From an uncultured Actinomycetes bacterium (GTDB lineage: Bacteria; Actinomycetota; UBA4738; HRBIN12), in contig CAZXFA010000001.1 of assembly GCA_964640085.1 (NCBI GenBank), positions 67,586 through 131,585 on the forward strand: DNA of 64,000 nt, read 5' to 3'. The notes below the pieces were generated by a model. The model had not been told where the DNA came from, did not search any database, and worked only from the letters and a program-made list of their open reading frames with translations. Shown here in pieces: positions 9,931-18,497 of the stretch. Both the position numbers and the translations under genes were made by a program. Every line of letters begins with the position of its first letter. The stretch's first letter is position 1.

Positions 9931-10695
9931 TCACGTGAGCCTCACCGGGAGCCCTCGCTGGACGAGGTACCGCTTCACGTCGGCGATCGTGAGCTGTCCG
10001 AAGTGGAACCGGGACGCGGCGAGGGCGGCGTCCGCTCCCCCCTCGGTGAGAGCCTCGGCGAAATGCTCGACGTGGCCCGCTCCGCCGCTCGCGACGACCG
10101 GAACCCCGACGGCTTGACCGACCGCCCGGAGGAGCTCGACGTCGTAGCCCTCCCCGGTCCCGTCCTGGTCCATCGACGTGAGCAAGACCTCGCCCGCGCC
10201 TCGGCGGGCCGTGGCCTCTGCCGCCCACCCCACGGCCTCCCGACCGGTCGGCGTCCGTCCGGCATCGACGAACACCTCCCACCCGCCGTCCCGGCGCTTG
10301 GCGTCGATCGCGATCACCATGCACTGGGTCCCGAACCGGTCGGCGCAGCGCTCGAGCAGCTCCGGGTCGCGGACGGCCGCGCTGTTGACCGCCACCTTGT
10401 CCGCGCCGGCCCGCAGCAACGTCCGGACGTCCTCCTGGCTCCGCACACCGCCGCCCACGGTGAGTGGGATGAACACCTGTTCGGCCGTCCCGGCGATCAC
10501 GTCGAGCGTGGCCTCCCGACCCTCGACGGTGGCGGCGATGTCGAGGAACACCAGCTCGTCCGCCCCCTCCGCGTCGTAGCGCGACGCGAGCTCGACCGGG
10601 TCCCCCGCGTCCACCAGGTCGACGAACCGGGTCCCCTTCACGACCCGCCCGGCGTCGACGTCCAGGCACGGGATCACCCGCTTGGCCAGCGTCAT
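9931..10695 (-). CDS. hisF: imidazole glycerol phosphate synthase, cyclase subunit
   Basis: [25 protein letters not shown]...; full-length HisF TIM-barrel signature. Confidence 0.95.
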   Translation of the reverse strand: MTLAKRVIPCLDVDAGRVVKGTRFVDLVDAGDPVELASRYDAEGADELVFLDIAATVEGREATLDVIAGTAEQVFIPLTVGGGVRSQEDVRTLLRAGADKVAVNSAAVRDPELLERCADRFGTQCMVIAIDAKRRDGGWEVFVDAGRTPTGREAVGWAAEATARRGAGEVLLTSMDQDGTGEGYDVELLRAVGQAVGVPVVASGGAGHVEHFAEALTEGGADAALAASRFHFGQLTIADVKRYLVQRGLPVRLT

Positions 10696-11393
10696 CCCGT
10701 CACCACCTCCGCGAGCACGAGCGTCCCCGCGTGGATGGCCCTGCCCACCACCACGGCTTCGAGCGAGAGCCTGGACAGCGTGCGGACGTCCTCCGCCGTC
10801 CGAACCCCACCGCTCGCGATCACAGGACGGTCGGTGAGCTCGAGCACGCGCCGGTACAGCTCGAGGTCGGGTCCCTCGAGCGTGCCGTCACGCGCGATCG
10901 ACGTCACCAGGTACCTGGGCGCCCCACCCTCCTCGAGCGAGGCGAGGGCCTCCTCGAGCCTCGGTCCCTCCTCCCGCCAGCCGTGGGTCCGGAGGCGGCC
11001 GTCGCGGACGTCGAGCGCCACCACGATCCGAGGCTCGAACCGCCGCACGGCCTCCGCCACCAGGTGGCGATCGGTCGCGGCGGCGGTCCCGAGGATCGCC
11101 CGGGCGGCGCCGTCGGTGAGCGCGTCGTCGATCGCGGCCACCGTCCGGAGGCCACCGCCGACCTGCACCGGGACGGCCAGGCTCCGACAGATCTCCTTCA
11201 CGACGTCGCGGTTCGACCCCTCTCCGGCCGCGGCATCCAGATCCACGACGTGGAGCCACCGGGCGCCCTCGGCCTCGAACCGCCGGGCGACCGCAACCGG
11301 ATCCTCCCCGACGACCGTCTCGGCCGACAGGTCCCCGCGGACCAGCCGAACGCAGCGCCCGGCTCGAAGGTCGATCGCCGGGATCACGATCAC
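10692..11393 (-). CDS. hisA: phosphoribosylformimino-5-aminoimidazole carboxamide ribotide isomerase (HisA; in actinobacteria often the bifunctional PriA)
   Basis: [21 protein letters not shown]... from GTG 11393, 16 nt downstream of the hisH stop with a purine-rich spacer. ATGA overlap with hisF. Confidence 0.9.
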   Translation of the reverse strand: MIVIPAIDLRAGRCVRLVRGDLSAETVVGEDPVAVARRFEAEGARWLHVVDLDAAAGEGSNRDVVKEICRSLAVPVQVGGGLRTVAAIDDALTDGAARAILGTAAATDRHLVAEAVRRFEPRIVVALDVRDGRLRTHGWREEGPRLEEALASLEEGGAPRYLVTSIARDGTLEGPDLELYRRVLELTDRPVIASGGVRTAEDVRTLSRLSLEAVVVGRAIHAGTLVLAEVVTG

Positions 11394-11409
11394 GTGCCGA
11401 CCTCGCCCT

Positions 11410-12015
11410 TCACGCCCCGGCCTCCAGTACGAAGGCCTCGTACAGCTGGAGCCCTGGCTCACCCGACTTCTCAGGGTGGAACTGGGTGGCGAACAGGGTG
11501 TCGCGCGCGACGGCCGCGGCGAACGGGCGGCCGTGTTCGGTCACGCCCACCGTGGTGTGGGCGTGCACGTCGGGTGCGAACGAGTGGACGAAGTAGAAGC
11601 GGGTCCCCGTGGGGACGTCGCGGACGTAGGGATGACGCTCGGTCCACCGGACGACGTTCCACCCCATGTGCGGCACCTTCACCCGCGACGGGAACCGGCG
11701 GGACCGGCCCTCGAAGAGGCCGAGCCCGGGCGTGGCGTCCTCCTCGCTGCCGTCGAAGAGCACCTGCATGCCCACGCAGACGGCGAACACGGGTCGCCCG
11801 CTCGTGACGAACCCACGGATCGCGTCGTCGAGACGGCGCTCGACCAGGTTCCGCATGCACGCGCCGAAGTGCCCGACGCCCGGCACCACGAGCCCGTTGG
11901 CGGCGAGCGCCCGCTCCGCGTCATCGGTGACGTCGGGCTTGCCGCCCACGTGCTCGACCGCGCGGGCGACGCTCCGGAGGTTCCCCATCCCGTAGTCCAA
12001 GATCGCGATCGTCAC
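11410..12015 (-). CDS. hisH: imidazole glycerol phosphate synthase, glutamine amidotransferase subunit
   Basis: MTIAILDYGMGNLRSVARAVEHVG...; catalytic triad context AVCVGMQ ... FHPEKS. Confidence 0.95.
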   Translation of the reverse strand: MTIAILDYGMGNLRSVARAVEHVGGKPDVTDDAERALAANGLVVPGVGHFGACMRNLVERRLDDAIRGFVTSGRPVFAVCVGMQVLFDGSEEDATPGLGLFEGRSRRFPSRVKVPHMGWNVVRWTERHPYVRDVPTGTRFYFVHSFAPDVHAHTTVGVTEHGRPFAAAVARDTLFATQFHPEKSGEPGLQLYEAFVLEAGA

Positions 12016-12593
12016 AGCGTGCCCTTGGTGCTCGGGATGCCCTCACCCACCACGCTGACCGCGTCGCGGAGGCACGTCGCGAGCGCCTTGAACTCGGCCT
12101 CGACCACGTGATGCGGCGATCGGCCGCTCACCCGGCGCACGTGGAGGGTCATCTCGGCCGCGGTCGCGAACGCGCGCAGGAAGTCCTCCGTCAGGCCGGT
12201 GTCGTACGTGCCGATCGTTTCGGCCGGGACGTCCACCTCGTGTACCACGAACGGCCGGCCCGACAGATCGAGCGCCACCTCGACGGCCGCCTCGTCCAGC
12301 GGAACCGTGATCGAGGCGAACCGCCGGGTCCCCGCCTTGTGGCCGAGCGCCTGGTGCAGCGCCTGGCCCAGGGCGAGCCCCACGTCCTCGACCGTGTGGT
12401 GGCCGTCGACCTCGAGGTCGCCCTTCGCCACCAGGGAGAGGTCGAACCCGGCGTGGACGCCGAGCTGCTGGAGCATGTGGTCGAAGAACGGCAGACCGGT
12501 GTCCGCGCTCGCCGTGCCCGAGCCGTCGACCTCCAGCTCGACCCGGACGTCGGTCTCTTTCGTGACGCGCTCGACCACCGACGAACGGCTCAT
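12012..12593 (-). CDS. hisB: imidazoleglycerol-phosphate dehydratase
   Basis: ...TKETDVRVELEVDGSG...FFDHMLQQL...HHTVEDVGLALGQAL...; metal-binding His motifs of IGPD. Confidence 0.95.
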   Translation of the reverse strand: MSRSSVVERVTKETDVRVELEVDGSGTASADTGLPFFDHMLQQLGVHAGFDLSLVAKGDLEVDGHHTVEDVGLALGQALHQALGHKAGTRRFASITVPLDEAAVEVALDLSGRPFVVHEVDVPAETIGTYDTGLTEDFLRAFATAAEMTLHVRRVSGRSPHHVVEAEFKALATCLRDAVSVVGEGIPSTKGTL

Positions 12594-13639
12594 GCGAGGA
12601 CCTCCTCCAAGGCGGACAGGAACCCGTCGACCTCCTCCGAGGTGCCGGCCGTGACGCGCAGGCAGCCGGGCACCTGTTCGGAGAAGTCACGGACGAGGAC
12701 GCCGCGATCGAGCAGGCCGCGCCAGACGGCGGCGGCATCCCCCGGGGGACGGAACAGGACGAAGTTGGCGTCCGAGGGGAACGCTTCGACCTCGAGACGG
12801 GGCAGCTCCCCTAGGATCCGGTCGCGCTGCGCGCGGACCGCATCCAGGATCGCGAGCGCCTCCTCCCGGTGGTCGAGCGCGACCAGGCCGGCGGCCTGCG
12901 TGAGCGCGCTGATGTGGTAGGGGAGCCGGACGCGACGAAGATCCTCGATCGCTTCTGGGTCGCCGAGGCAGTAGCCGATCCTCGCGCCGGCCAGGGCGAA
13001 TGCCTTCGAGAAGGTGCGGACGATCACGACGTTCGGGGTCGCCGCGAGGAGCGAGATGGCGCTGCGACCCCCGAACTCGAGGTAGGCCTCGTCCACCACG
13101 ACGAGCGCGTCGCCTGGTGCCGCGAGCTCGCCCACGACTTCGATCGGCTGCGAATTGCCGGTCGGGTTGTTCGGCGAGCAGACGAAGATCACGTGCGGCT
13201 CGAGTTCGATCGCTCGCTCGACGTGCTCCGAGCCGATCATCCAGGGCGGGTCGAGATGCACGGACGCGACCTCGCCGTGCGTAGCCCACGTGAGGCGCGG
13301 GTGCAGCGCATATGTCGGCTCGAACAGAGCGGCGCACCGGCCCGGCCCGCCGTAGGCCTGGAGCAGCTGCTGGATCACCTCGTTCGAGCCGTTCGCGACC
13401 CACGTCCCCTCGACGACGTGGTCGTTCAGGGCCGCCAGGCGCGAGCGCAGCTCGACGGCCTCGCGGTCCGGGTACCGGTGCAAGGTCTGTGCGCGGACGG
13501 CCTCGGCGAGGTCGTCGCGGAACCCATCCGGCAATGGGTACGGGCACTCGTTCGTGTTCAGGCGGATCGGGACGTCGAGCTGGGGGGCCTGGTACGGCTC
13601 GACGTCACGGAGCCCGGGGCGCGGGAGCGCGGGGCTCAC
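12590..13639 (-). CDS. hisC: histidinol-phosphate aminotransferase
   Basis: ...LNTNECPYPLP...; PLP-lysine context VRTFSKAFALAGARIGY. 349 aa. Confidence 0.95.
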   Translation of the reverse strand: MSPALPRPGLRDVEPYQAPQLDVPIRLNTNECPYPLPDGFRDDLAEAVRAQTLHRYPDREAVELRSRLAALNDHVVEGTWVANGSNEVIQQLLQAYGGPGRCAALFEPTYALHPRLTWATHGEVASVHLDPPWMIGSEHVERAIELEPHVIFVCSPNNPTGNSQPIEVVGELAAPGDALVVVDEAYLEFGGRSAISLLAATPNVVIVRTFSKAFALAGARIGYCLGDPEAIEDLRRVRLPYHISALTQAAGLVALDHREEALAILDAVRAQRDRILGELPRLEVEAFPSDANFVLFRPPGDAAAVWRGLLDRGVLVRDFSEQVPGCLRVTAGTSEEVDGFLSALEEVLA

Positions 13640-14925
13640 GGTCGGCGTCCCCCATCTTCGGCGCGGACCTCGACGGCGCGGGCGTGGCCCGGTAAGCCCT
13701 CGCTGCGGGCGAGCTCCGCGATCTCCGGCGCGAGGGCGACGGCCGCGTCGGGGGAGATCTCGACCACCGACATCACCTTCACGAAGTCGCTCGCGCGAAG
13801 GCCGCTCGCGAACCGTGCGGTTCCGGCCGTCGGAAGCACGTGGTTCGAGGCCACGCCGTAGTCACCGAACGGCACGGGCGTGTGGGCTCCGAGGAAGATC
13901 GCACCGGCGTTCCGTACGCCGTTGGCGAACACCTCCTCCGAGCTCACCGCGAGCTGGAGGTGCTCGGGGGCCAGGTCGTTCACGACCTCGACCGCGTGCT
14001 TCCGGTCGACGACGAGCACGGCGCGGGCGCCCTCGAGCGCGCTCACGACGATCTCGCGTCGCGCGGCCCGGAGGACCTCCATCTGCAGGTAGCGCTGGAC
14101 CTCGCGCACCAGTTCCTCGTCGTGGCTCACGAGCGTCGCGACCGCATCCGGGTCGTGCTCCGCTTGCGCGATCAGGTCGACCGCGAGCCACCGCGGATCG
14201 GCGTCGGGATCGGCGACCAGCACCAGCTCCGTCGGTCCGGCGAGCCCGTCGATCCCGATCACGCCGGCGAGCTGGCGCTTGGCCTCGGTGACGTACACGT
14301 TGCCGGGCCCCACGACCTTGTCCACGGCCGGCACCGAGCCGGTACCGTAGGCCATCGCGGCCACGGCCTGCGCGCCGCCGACCTTCACCACGCGCGTGGC
14401 GCCGGCCGCCCGCGCCGCGTACAGGACCTCTGGGTGGATCGAGCCGTCCTGCCGTGGCGGCGTGCAGACCACGATCTCCTCGACGCCAGCCACGGTCGCC
14501 GGTGTCACGGTCATGGCGATCGAGCTCGGGTAGACGGCGCGGCCCCCGGGGACGTAGCAGCCGACCGCGCGGATCGGGCGGACCCGCTCGCCGAACCGCA
14601 CGCCTCCTCTCTCGTCCTGCCACTCGATCGGAAGCTGGCGGCGGTGCAGGTCCGCCACGCGCGCGATCAGCGCGTCGACGCCCCGGCGGAGCCCATCCGG
14701 CACGCCGTCGATCGCAGCGGCGAACTCGTCGGGCGAGACGACCACCCCACGGTCGCGCAGGTCGGCCCCGTCGAACCGCAAGGTCAGGTCGAGCAGCGCG
14801 TCGTCCCCCTCCTGGCGGACGCGCGCGAGGATGCCGCGGACGGTATCGGAGACGTGGGGGTCGATCTCGAGGTGCCGGGGCTCGAGCCGCTCCCTCCGCT
14901 CCCGGAGGTCGAGGATCTCGAGCAC
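13636..14925 (-). CDS. hisD: histidinol dehydrogenase
   Basis: ...GAQAVAAMAYGT...IDGLAGPTELVLVAD...AQAEHDPDA...; GTG start. 429 aa. Confidence 0.95.
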   Translation of the reverse strand: MLEILDLRERRERLEPRHLEIDPHVSDTVRGILARVRQEGDDALLDLTLRFDGADLRDRGVVVSPDEFAAAIDGVPDGLRRGVDALIARVADLHRRQLPIEWQDERGGVRFGERVRPIRAVGCYVPGGRAVYPSSIAMTVTPATVAGVEEIVVCTPPRQDGSIHPEVLYAARAAGATRVVKVGGAQAVAAMAYGTGSVPAVDKVVGPGNVYVTEAKRQLAGVIGIDGLAGPTELVLVADPDADPRWLAVDLIAQAEHDPDAVATLVSHDEELVREVQRYLQMEVLRAARREIVVSALEGARAVLVVDRKHAVEVVNDLAPEHLQLAVSSEEVFANGVRNAGAIFLGAHTPVPFGDYGVASNHVLPTAGTARFASGLRASDFVKVMSVVEISPDAAVALAPEIAELARSEGLPGHARAVEVRAEDGGRRP

Positions 14926-15078
14926 CTAGTGCTCCTCGAGGGCCTCGTGATGCGCCGGGGCGGCCGCGCGCTCGGCGTGGCGGTCGCGGACGAACAGGAT
15001 CCAGCCGCTCGCGGACACGAACGCCGCGGCGGCGATCAGCAGCCCGAGGGCCAGCAGGAACGTCGCTTGACGGTCCAT
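14926..15078 (-). CDS. small upstream ORF (50 aa): TM helix plus His-containing tail; its stop abuts the hisD start
   Basis: ATG 15078 to TAG 14926, immediately followed by the hisD GTG. Product MDRQATFLLALGLLIAAAAFVSASGWILFVRDRHAERAAAPAHHEALEEH. Speculative: it could be a translationally coupled leader-like ORF or a chance ORF. Confidence 0.3.
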   Translation of the reverse strand: MDRQATFLLALGLLIAAAAFVSASGWILFVRDRHAERAAAPAHHEALEEH

Positions 15079-15128
15079 GGGGACCGACAGGGTACCCGAA
15101 GTCCCTGGTCGCGAGCGAGCGTCGGGAC

Positions 15129-16745
15129 TCAGCCGGGCCTTACGGCCCGACGCCGGGCCTCGGCTCGGCGCTCGGCCTCGAGGCGCTCGAGATCCACGTC
15201 GCTGACGTCGACGTGCGTCATCGCGCCGGCGATCGCGCGGTGTCCGGCGACCTCGGCGATCAGCCGGTGCATCTCGTGCGCCACGCGCCGGTACGTCGGA
15301 TGGCCCTGGGGGGAGCTCCGGAGCTCGATCAGGTGCATCGCCTCGCGCGCGTTCATCTGCATCACGAAGCGGATCCTGTAGGCCATCGAGACCGCGTACT
15401 GCGCGACTTCCTTGCTCGCGGCCGCGAACAGCGTCTCCCACGTCTGCGCCGAGTCCTCCATGATGCCGTGCCACGCGTCCTCGAACCCCGAGTCGACGAT
15501 CTCGGCCGGCGTCTCGTAACCGTGCATCGGCGACAGGCGCTGCCATTCGAGCGTGAGCGGGCGGTGGCGCTGGAGGTCGCGGAACGCCCCGTAGTCGCAG
15601 AGGACGTCGAACCGGTAGTCGGTGCGCTCGAACGCCCGACCAGGCTTGTGGCGCCGGTTGCTCCGGTCGCCGACGTACGCGCGGAGCACGTCCGTCCGCT
15701 CGCCGTGGCTCATCCCGCGGGCGAGCTCCCGGCACCGCGCGTCGGGCAGGTCCGTCGCCGCGTACAGGGCCGCCGCGACGACCTTCTCCTCCCCCTCGGG
15801 GTCGAAGTCGGTGAGCGTGACGAGCTCGGTCGGGCCGGGGGCGACGTCCTCCGTGTACCTCGCCGCCGCCCCGAGCGTGCGCTCGCGCGCGTCCTCCAGG
15901 TAGCGGGACCAGGCGATCCCTCGATCGGGGAGGTCCACGCGCCTGAGGAACGCCGGGATCACCTTGCGGAGCTCCGTGAGCATCAGGTCCGCGTACCCCC
16001 GCACCTCGGCCAGCGGATGCGCGCGCATCCGCAGGAGCATCTGCTCGTAGCTCTGCCCCGTCGCGTACACGCCGAGGTTCGAACGCGTGCCGGCCGGGAG
16101 CAGCACGCGCAGCGTGTCGCAGGTCTTGGCCGTGATCGTCGAGCGGTAGATGGTATCCGAGTCGTTCGGGTCCTTCGGGAAGCGCTGCCGGAACAGGTCG
16201 GCCACCGGCTCGAACATCCGGCCGTATGCCCGGAACATCTGGTCTGCGAAGGTCCCGTAGCGCTCGAGGGCCGGCGTGCCCTCGAGCTCGGGCGGGACCG
16301 TGAGGCGCCAGCGGCCGCCCGGCCGGTCGTCGTAGCGCATGTACCGGGTGGACTGCTCGAGGTAGGCCGCCAGCCGCCCCCATTCGATGGTCTTGGCGAG
16401 GAGCTGCGAGGCCTGCTCGCACGCGAGGTGGACCCCGCCGAGCTGGGCAACGGAGTCGTCGCCGTACTCGAAGAACACGTTGTCGTAGAGCTTCTCGGCG
16501 CGCTGCACGCCGACCTCGCTCGTCGCCCCCTCCGACTCCACGTCCTCGGCGAACTCGTCCAGGAAGAGCCGGCGGAGCGACTTGGTGGTCCGTGAGTACC
16601 GCGCGAACAGCGCCCCCTTGACGACCTCGGGCAGGTTCACCAAGGCGAACACGGGCCCGTCAAGGTTGGTGAAGTGGGGCGCGAGCCGGGCGCGCTCCTC
16701 GTCCGTGAAGTCCTCGTGGACGAACCAGAGGCCCGCGTCAGCCAT
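15129..16745 (-). CDS. flavin-dependent thymidylate synthase (ThyX/Thy1)-like protein, double-length (538 aa, apparently tandem ThyX domains)
   Basis: The C-terminal half carries the ThyX signatures QRHRPLTLEWQRLSP (RHR-x-S-like) and MQMNAREAMHLIELRSSPQGHPTYRRVAHEM (NAR...LR...H...E of ThyX). The N-terminal half is more diverged. The ATG 16745 overlaps the pknB stop by 8 nt. Confidence 0.5.
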   Translation of the reverse strand: MADAGLWFVHEDFTDEERARLAPHFTNLDGPVFALVNLPEVVKGALFARYSRTTKSLRRLFLDEFAEDVESEGATSEVGVQRAEKLYDNVFFEYGDDSVAQLGGVHLACEQASQLLAKTIEWGRLAAYLEQSTRYMRYDDRPGGRWRLTVPPELEGTPALERYGTFADQMFRAYGRMFEPVADLFRQRFPKDPNDSDTIYRSTITAKTCDTLRVLLPAGTRSNLGVYATGQSYEQMLLRMRAHPLAEVRGYADLMLTELRKVIPAFLRRVDLPDRGIAWSRYLEDARERTLGAAARYTEDVAPGPTELVTLTDFDPEGEEKVVAAALYAATDLPDARCRELARGMSHGERTDVLRAYVGDRSNRRHKPGRAFERTDYRFDVLCDYGAFRDLQRHRPLTLEWQRLSPMHGYETPAEIVDSGFEDAWHGIMEDSAQTWETLFAAASKEVAQYAVSMAYRIRFVMQMNAREAMHLIELRSSPQGHPTYRRVAHEMHRLIAEVAGHRAIAGAMTHVDVSDVDLERLEAERRAEARRRAVRPG

Positions 16746-18465
16746 CGTCCCCGGTGGGCCCGGTCGGTCCCGTCGGCCCGGTGGGCGCCGGTTCCTCCCC
16801 CGCGTACAGGGTCACGGTGGAGCCGGCCGGGACATCGGTCCCTGGCGCCGGATCCTGCGCCGCCACCTTGTTGCCCAGCGGGCAGAGCGGGTTGACGGGT
16901 CTGGTCTCGCTCGAGATCACCGGGTTCAAGCCTTCCTTCCGGACCTGGTTCTGCGCGGCGTTGAAGCTGAGGCAGGTTACGTTGGGGACCTCGACCGCGC
17001 CCGCGCCGGTGGACACGATGATCGTCACCTCCGACCCGAAGTCCGCTGACGTGCCCGCGGGCGGGTCCGTTCCGATCACGTCCCCCTCGTCGATCTCGTC
17101 GTTCGACTGGTCCTCGAAGCCGGCGACCACGAACCCGAGCGCTTCGAGCTCGGCTTGCGCCTGGTCGGGGGAGAGGTTCTCCACCGAAGGGATCGTCACG
17201 GAATCCGGCGCCACCAGCACGGTGAGCGTGACCTCCGTGCCCGCCTCGACCTCCTCGTCCGGCGCCGGGTCCTGGTCCACGACGGTGTTGGGGATCTCGT
17301 TCTCCGGCTCCACGATCTCCTGCTCGACGATCTCGTCGGCGACGATCAGGCCCTCCTCCTCGAGGGTCGTGCGGGCCCGGTTGAGGCGCTCGCCGATCAC
17401 GTTCGGGACCAGGACCACCTCCGGGCCGGTCGGCCCGGGCTCGTCCTCGAGCAAGCCCGTCGCCAGGAACCACAGGACGCCACCCAGGATCCCCAGGATC
17501 AGCAGGGTCACCAGGACCGGGATCCACCAGCGGCCGCGCTCCGGCTCTGGCTCGTACGAGGGCGGGAGGACCTCGGTGCGCGTGGCCGGCGCCGGGCGCT
17601 CGAGCACCTGGGTCGCGCCCGTCGCGGGCAGGACCGGCGTGGCCTCCACCGGCAGGCCCCGGCGCACCCGCTCGAGGTCGGCGCGCAACTCCTCGGCCGA
17701 GCCGTACCGGTTGTCCGGGTTCTTCGACAGCGCCCGGAGGATCACCGCGTCCAGGTCGGGCGAGACGTCGGGGTTCAGCTGCGAGGGGGAGAGCGGCTGC
17801 TCGAGCACCTGCTTGGAGGCCACGGTGACCGGCGAGTCGCCGAGGAACGGCGGGCGTCCCGTCACCATCTCGTAGAGGACGCAGCCGAGCGAGTAGAGAT
17901 CGGACCGCGCGTCGACCGGCTGCCCCTGCGCCTGCTCGGGCGAGAGGTACGAGGCCGTTCCCAGCACGGCGACGGTCTGTTCCACCGTCTCGGTCGCCGA
18001 GGTCATCCGCGCGATCCCGAAGTCGGTCACCTTCACCTCGCCGCGCGCGTTCAGCATGATGTTGCCGGGCTTGATGTCGCGGTGGATCACGCCCTGCGCG
18101 TGGGCGGCTCCCAGCGCCCGGCACACGTGCTCGGAGATGTCGATCGCGCGATCGGGCATGATCCGTCCGCCGCCGGTCAGGTACTCGGCGAGGGTCTTGC
18201 CCTCGACGAACTCCATCACGATGTAATGGACCCCGTCGTCCGATCCGGTATCGAATACCGAGACGATCGTCGGATTGCTGATGCTCGCGGCGGCCTGCGC
18301 CTCGCGCCTGAACCGCGACACGAACCCCGCATCCTCGGCGAACTGCGGGGCGAGCACCTTGATTGCGACGCTGCGGCCGAGCACCGTGTCGGTGCCCTGG
18401 AACACCTTGGCCATCCCGCCCCGGCCGAGCTCGCGCTCGACGCGGTAGCGACCCCCCAGCATCAC
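16738..18465 (-). CDS. pknB: Ser/Thr protein kinase with PASTA repeats
   Basis: Hanks kinase motifs GRGGMAKV...AIK, HRDIKPGNIM, DFGIA, SPEQ. TM helix, then extracellular repeated PASTA-like modules. C-terminal tail ...PTGPTGPTGPTGDDG. Confidence 0.9.
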   Translation of the reverse strand: MMLGGRYRVERELGRGGMAKVFQGTDTVLGRSVAIKVLAPQFAEDAGFVSRFRREAQAAASISNPTIVSVFDTGSDDGVHYIVMEFVEGKTLAEYLTGGGRIMPDRAIDISEHVCRALGAAHAQGVIHRDIKPGNIMLNARGEVKVTDFGIARMTSATETVEQTVAVLGTASYLSPEQAQGQPVDARSDLYSLGCVLYEMVTGRPPFLGDSPVTVASKQVLEQPLSPSQLNPDVSPDLDAVILRALSKNPDNRYGSAEELRADLERVRRGLPVEATPVLPATGATQVLERPAPATRTEVLPPSYEPEPERGRWWIPVLVTLLILGILGGVLWFLATGLLEDEPGPTGPEVVLVPNVIGERLNRARTTLEEEGLIVADEIVEQEIVEPENEIPNTVVDQDPAPDEEVEAGTEVTLTVLVAPDSVTIPSVENLSPDQAQAELEALGFVVAGFEDQSNDEIDEGDVIGTDPPAGTSADFGSEVTIIVSTGAGAVEVPNVTCLSFNAAQNQVRKEGLNPVISSETRPVNPLCPLGNKVAAQDPAPGTDVPAGSTVTLYAGEEPAPTGPTGPTGPTGDDG

Positions 18466-18497
18466 GGGCTGATCGATCTCGAGATCCTCCTCCGTCG

